Of a stretch of DNA of 64,000 bases, positions 63,801 through 64,000 are shown piece by piece; positions within the stretch are counted from its first letter, which is position 1, and each line of letters opens with the position of its first letter. The stretch is from Dipteris shenzhenensis (taxonomy: Eukaryota). Below the pieces are notes generated by a model. The model worked only from the letters and a program-made list of their open reading frames with translations, had not been told where the DNA came from and did no database searches. The translations under genes and the position numbers were made by a program. The DNA lies in assembly GCA_047967505.1 (NCBI GenBank), contig CM106538.1. The stretch is one strand, 5' to 3'.

Positions 63801-64000
63801 TGCCTGTCACAGTTTTTGTGGACTTGTTTAATACCTTTCCAGTGAAGGTTTCAAAAACAATGTTCATAGTTAAAGGAACAAGTTCGGCATGCATGCCACA
63901 ATTTTTGGATAAAGGTTGGGATAAGAAGACATATAGTTCAGTGTTTTGTGAGGTTGTCCAACCTTCTATCCAACTGAAGTACATGGTTGCATCAAAAAAT

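Overview
Repeat-dense eukaryotic nuclear DNA from a large-genome land plant. A fern or other non-seed plant is my inference from the TE families; it is not proven. There is one clear host gene, a two-exon clan-71 cytochrome P450 (34901-36596, +), whose I-helix acid residue is replaced by Lys. Almost everything else is nested mobile DNA: four degraded Ty1/Copia elements, one of them a fold-back with complementary deletions; an Athila-like Ty3/Gypsy element; Sola1-like, hAT and CACTA transposase remnants; MITEs; and a two-copy 1.6-kb element with hairpins at both ends. A very young 4.2-kb LTR element (identical 479-bp LTRs, ATCCA TSD) encodes only Gag plus protease and has no canonical PPT. Non-coding highlights are a ~5.5-kb tandem array of ~430-bp nested palindromes, one with a flipped loop, and a ~180-bp satellite. 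The most speculative signals are chromatin-type ORFs in TE space: a divergent histone H3-like ORF (39848-40270), a BAH-like pseudogene (62970-63800) and a ParB-like fragment (29360-29800). All comparisons were made by eye; no searches were run.
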